Of a stretch of 64,000 nucleotides of DNA, positions 13,301 through 19,300 are shown in pieces (positions within the stretch are counted from its first letter, which is position 1; each line of letters starts with the position of its first letter). The notes beneath the pieces are model-generated. The model searched no databases. It worked only from the letters and a program-made list of their open reading frames with translations, and had not been told where the DNA came from. The DNA lies in contig MU053594.1 of assembly GCA_013239625.1 (NCBI GenBank), positions 2,298,127-2,362,126 on the forward strand, in the 5' to 3' direction. The position numbers and the translations under genes were made by a program. The stretch is from Lama guanicoe (taxonomy: Eukaryota).

Positions 13301-16300
13301 TTCTTTCACCGAGCAGTTCTCTTCCGCATGGAGCCTCTGCAGCCGGAATATTGAAGTGAGGAAGGAGGAGAAGGCCTTTAACGCTCTGCTGGTCACCAAG
13401 CCTCACTGTCCAAGGGGAGAGCCCCGCTTCCCATGCTGTGCCCCTGGGAGTTCATTCCAGAAGGCCCCAGTAAGCCCCAGTGAGCCCTGTGCTGGGCTGG
13501 GGCCATGTAACCCAGAGTCTCACCAGAACTGGAGTCAGTGGTGGGCACCAGGGCGGCTTCCTGCAGATCGTAGCCCAGATTTCCAGCCTCGGGCAACACC
13601 CGCCCAGTGTCAGGGTGGATGAAGTAGCCAGTGGGTATGGGCCCCGGGTGGCCGCTGGCAGGGAGCATCACACAGTTGGGGCCAGGGACCATCAACTTGG
13701 TGATGGGATTCACACTGATGTCATCAGCGCCCCCTTGAGGGCTTGTTGAGGCTGCAGGAAAGCAGACACCTGCTCAGCCCTGGGTCGGAGGCCATCTGGC
13801 AGGTTAGTGGCTCCTGCCTGGTGACTAGAAGGAGTTGGCGAGAACCCCACCCCAACCACACCCCGGCACGGGGTGTAGCAGGTGCTTCCTGAGGCAAGGG
13901 AATCTTGTTCTTTGCTGAGTCCAGGTCAGGACTCCACATTCGGGATGTGACCCTGACAGCATCATATCGCAGGCCGGCAGCCACTGGCAGGGCCTTGGGA
14001 AATGGTGGTGACCAGATGGAGCTCGGGGATCCTAGAACTCAGCATGCCCATGGGGTCCCACAGGGGGTCCTTCTCCCGCTCCCCCTTCCCAGGCAAGTTC
14101 AGCCTTTTGCATTCATCAGCCAGGCTTTTGCTCTCAGGAAGAGCTACCGTATATGTAAAGCTACCCTTTGTGGTGGTTTTGTTTGTTTCCTCCTCTGCTC
14201 TTTCCATGTCCGAGACTCCGTCTTCTGTAACTTAGACGTTTGCCCAGGATGCTGCACAGGAAGCCCCTCCCAAACTCGGGGGTTTCCACTTGGTTTGGCC
14301 CTGCAGGGTGTCTCAGGGGTGGGACTGTCGCCCTGAATACAAGGCCAGGTTTCCTGGCCGAGGCTGAGCAGGGCTCACCTGGCGGCAGCAGCTCCGCCCC
14401 AGTGCCGGTGCCCAGGACGCCCCAGGCCTTCAGGCGGTGGCCCTCCTGCAGCACCACCTGGGACAGGTGGCCCAGTGCAGCGTCCAGCTGGGGGCCTTCC
14501 CTGCAGGGGCACAGGGGAGAACCCATCAGAGGGATGGGTAACTAGGGATGGGAGAAGGACTCGTCAGTGTGGCCAGTCCTGGGACCCACGAAGCCACATT
14601 CGCTCCCCACCCAGTCCAGATCTCGCCCAGCCTGCCTCAGATTCACCAGGCACACACCCTTCCGGGTTCTGCCCAGCCAGGGAGGACTTCACCGGCCTGG
14701 AGCCTGAATGTGCCTTCAGCAGCCGCTGAGCTGCCATCAGTGCTGAGCAGAAAGAGCCCCACTGCTCCTGCCGTGCGCGGAGGTCTTGGCGAAGGAGCGT
14801 CAGTTGGTGACTAAGGCTTGCTGCGTACTCGCCTGCCAGGTGCCCCCTCCGCCTGGCCTCCTCCTCTGCTGTCCTGGCAGCTGCCTCTGCAGCCTGGGGT
14901 CAGAGACAACCTTCCCTGCTTACCTGCAGGGCCCACAGCCACTGGGGACAGCAGCGTCGGGGACTGGGCACCCCGCAGAGCACTCTGGGCCGGTAGGGTG
15001 GCAGTGGCCATCAGGGTGGGGCTAGAACCCCGGGGCCTGGGAGATGGACCAGGTGCTGAGGGGGCCTCAGTGAGGGAGGAGAGTTGCAGCTGGGCACAGG
15101 GACCAGATGGGAAGCATGAACAGGGCCAACCTGTTGCTGCTCCCTCTGGAGGCTCCCCGGAAGCTGGCCAGCGGAGGCTGGGATGCGACACTCAGCACCC
15201 CACAGCTGCAGGAGCGACCGGGCTTCTCTCCGGAGTCTGAGGCACAGGAGTTTGAGCTGTGAGAGAGGATGGAGTTGGCACCAGGAGGGGCCCAGCCTCT
15301 TTCACGCCTGTGGTCGCAGCGCCCCCTGCTGCCAGTTTGCAGAGGGACTCCCGAGGACCAAATGCCCTTACACTGGAAGGAAGGAACAGGTGAAGACCAG
15401 TCCAAGCTGGTCTGGTTAGTGGGGAGGGTATAGCTCAAGTGGTAGAACGCATGCTTAGCGTACACAAGGTCCTGGGTTCAATTCCCCAGTTCCTCCTCTA
15501 AATAAATAAGCCTAATTACCTTCCCAGCAAGACACAGCTCGCCTGCCACCCAGCTTAGAAAACTTGGATTTCTAGTTGCTGTCATTGCTCTCTTAGTTCC
15601 AATACCTGTCACCTACTGGCCTGCATTTTCTCACCCAGATGGGCCATCCAGAGGTGGCTTTGGTACATTCCCTACCAGTGATCTGAGGCTCCAGGGCTCA
15701 TAAAATCAGTCCTATATTTAATCTGAGATCTTCTATCTCCCCTCCCCGAATGATTTTTCCCCCCAGTTCATTATGGATACACTGAGGGTTTCTTTAGGCT
15801 CTGTGTCCCGTCACCAGCTCTCTCAGAGACAGATTCGCTTCTGGCCCCACTTGCTTCTCTACCTCCTCTGCTCACCTCCTCCTTGGTCTGACTGAGTTTG
15901 GTGGTCACTGACAGAGACTGTCTGAGCAGGATCCCATAGAAGGTTTCCGTGTCAAACCCCTCCAGGTCCACCTGCTCCTCCGTCTCCCAGCCCTCACCTG
16001 TGGGGGGCGAGGGAAAGCAAGATTATCCCCCCAGAAATGCACACATGAGCTTCCCCTACAGGTTCTCCGTGTTTCTTCGTCCTCAGATCCTCACCCTCTT
16101 GCTACTGAAAGCTCGGTCTTTTGACAAGTTGCATTAGTTTTGCTGAAGAACTTGTTAGAAATGCAGAGTTCCAGGCCCCGCCCCAGACCTGTTACTGCTG
16201 CAGAGGATTCCCAGGTAACTCCTAATCACCCCTGAAGTTTGAGAAGAACAAACGAGTTCCCGTGCTGCTCTCTGAGGCCCGTACTTTGAGGAGCAGGAGT

Positions 16301-19300
16301 AGAAGGTGAAACATCTCAACATGACGCACAAGGCCTCCTCCAGCAGTGCCAGGCATTCCTAACTTGGCCACTGTATCCGTGGTTACATGGCCCTTTTCTT
16401 TTGGAAAGTTTGCATTTTGGTGTCTTTGTCCTCTCCTACACTGTGTACTCCTAAAACCTGGCCGTGTCCGGCCTGCAGTATCTTCTCAATAAACATTTAC
16501 TGAGCAAATGGATGAGTGTAGACAGATGGAACAAGATCTAGGAAGATGAACAGAGGAAGCGGCAGCGGGCTGGCTGCATGTGGGGGCACCTCTGGGAGTC
16601 CAGCCCCAGCCTGGCACTCACCGGGACCTCCTGCGGCCCTGGGAGCATCAGAGTCCTGGTGTGGTCGGCCTCTCCTCACTGCTGTTACCTTAGCTTGCGG
16701 GGAAGTGTAGGCCTCCAGGTTGTAGCCCTGCTGATGCTTCCTGAAGGTAGGCTGGGGAGCTGCCTTCCGGGCCCAGCTCAGGCTGTGACACTGAACCTGC
16801 GGGCAACATCACGGGCGGCGAGAAGGAAAGGGGAAACTGGGGAGAAGCACCCTTTCTGAAGACGCTGAGAGGGGGAGATCCCCGCTCGGGGGTGGTTAGG
16901 GAGAACCTCCTCTTCTCTTGCTTGGACCATTCTAGTAGCCTCTCTCTCTCTTTCTTTCTAATCCATCTCTGTCTTCCACCTTGCTGCTAGAGTAAATATA
17001 AAAGTCTTACCAGGTTTTCTGCCTTGCTCAAAATTCTTAGTTGATCCTCACTGCCTAGAGGATAAAATCCAAGCTTCTTAGCAGGGCCCATGCATCCATC
17101 CATCATTTGGTCTCTGTCCCATTTCCAGCCTCTTCCCTGTCCTGGCACCCAAAGCTGCAGTCACAAGGACCACACTGGGTTGCCTGAGCAGATGGACCTC
17201 ACTTCGTGCCTCGGAGTCTTGGCTTGTAACACTCTCATTCTTACCCTCACCCCGCCTCCCACGTGCATTACCCTCCCACCCCAACTCACCAACCCCTTGT
17301 CAATACAAGGACTGAATTCTTGTATGTCTCACACTTCAGACCTGTTTCAGGGATTCCCTTCTCAAGAAAGTCTGTCCTGACCTCCCAGGGAGACAGTCAC
17401 CTCCCTCCTTTGTGCAGCCAGCGCCCCCTGGGCACACTCACCAGAGCTCCTCCCACTCGCTGACATTTATTTGAGTCCTTGTCTGCACTCTTCCTACTAA
17501 GCTTTGACCGCTGGTGGCCTGAGGTTGCACCTCACACACTCTGGCATCTTAGCCACCGTGATAATCCCTACTATGGGTGGGGACTGAAGACCCGCGCACA
17601 TGGCATTGGAGAGCTGGTCTGGCACAGTGGTTAGGACGTCACTTGTCCAGCTTCACTCACCAAGAGAAGCAGGCAGAGCCCCAGGAGCAGGACAATCTCC
17701 CCCAGGACTCCTGGCCAGTCAGACCTCTTCGGGGGCCTGGGGATCCTGGCGATGCCAGTTTGGACGAGATACCCGGGAGTCGTGGAGACAAAGGGCCCTT
17801 CCACAAAGCACTGGCCCCCTGGCGGGAGGGTGCGGATGTACTGGGTGGAAAGAAATCTGTTCAGCCTTTGTCCCACTGTCTGCCAGAACCCAGCCAGGGG
17901 ACAGAGAGGGAACCCAGGCCTGTGGACACTAACCAAATAGTCCAGACCTTTGTGCCTACCTGAGGGGAGCAGAATCTGGGTTTTCCCTGGGAAACTAGTT
18001 TGTATCACAGAGGTGTCCTGGTAGCACGTTCTGGGGCCCAGTCAGCACAGCCTCTTAAAGGTTGGACTGACAGGCTGAGCTACTAAATCCTGTGTGTGAT
18101 CGCGACAGTGCACCTGGATCAGTGGTGACCTCACACACAGGTCATGTGGATAAAAGCCTGCGTAGATCAACTTGGGATCTGTGCCTTCAGGATGAAAGAG
18201 GGGTAGGCAGGATGAAATGAAGTAAGGGGCCGTGAGAGATGGCCACACAGTCTGATGTCCTTAGAGAAACCTTGTATTTTCATCCTTACAATTGTCCCCT
18301 CCTTACACACTGCAGGTTGCTGCCCTGGAGTGAACCCGTGGCATACCCAGAATTATGTCAGGATTGTGGGAGCCTGAGACTTTGTTGGGGGCATCTGGGG
18401 CACCTCTTCCCTGAAGATCTGTCTGAGGTGGTCATGAGGCAGTAGTTTTTAAAGAGAGGGGTGATGGTGGGATACCGATAAGGCAGACCACCACAGACAA
18501 ACCATCTTCCGATGCCGGTTGCTGTTCAGACGAAAGACATAGACCCCAGGCTGGAACTGCTGCAGGAAGAGGTGGGAGCTTTGATCATGGAGCTGGGACT
18601 CCTCAGCCAGGGCCCGGAGGCGCCCCCAGTCAAATTCCCCCTTGGTGTTATAGAAGTGGCCCCTGGGATGGAGGAAGGAAGGATGGAGTGTTGTCTCTCA
18701 GCTGCGGGCACAAGGAGCATCTCCTCCAGGGCCTCGATGGGGGCGGGGCCGTGTCCTCTGGACACTCACAGGTCATACTCAGGGTAGTGCTCCCGGGTCA
18801 CCAGAAAGGCCAGTGTGTCATTGGTTTGGAGGCAGACCGTGGGGTTTCGGATGCCCGGCTCCGGGGACGACAGATTCCCGAGGTGGGTGGAGTTGAGGCT
18901 CAGCAATGAAGGAGAACTCAGATGTGTGTCCCTCGACTTTCCTGAGCAAGATTCAGGAAATGAGGAAGGGCAGCCACTTTTCAGGTGGATTCGTGCAGGG
19001 ACCTGGGGAAGGTGGAGGAGAGAGAGGGGAGGAAACGGGTGTTCACAGTGATGCTCACCTGCATCCTGGCCTGGGAGCCTGGGGTCCCTGAGAGGCAGGC
19101 CGAGGGAGTGCAGTAATTCATGGCCTGGTCTGGTCAGGCCCAAGAAGCCAGTCCCTAGAACAAAACAGGGATGACCCTGAAACTACAGGGTTGGGGACAG
19201 AGTTGCTTCTAGTGTGTGGAGGCAGGAAGTTGCCCATCCCTGATTTGCATGAGGCAAGATTCAGCTTTCTAAAAAATTAGGGGGAGGTGGGTGGATCAGA

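Noticed and set aside
15421..15495. tRNA-Ala-like sequences (also at 2537-2611 and 33877-33952)
   Set aside because: They have A-rich tails, imperfect stems and multiple diverged copies, so they are SINEs rather than tRNA genes.
19002..19004. Alternative acceptor ccccag| for exon 7
   Set aside because: It gives a 56-nt intron and a frameshift to a TGA. The acceptor at 18942 keeps the frame.
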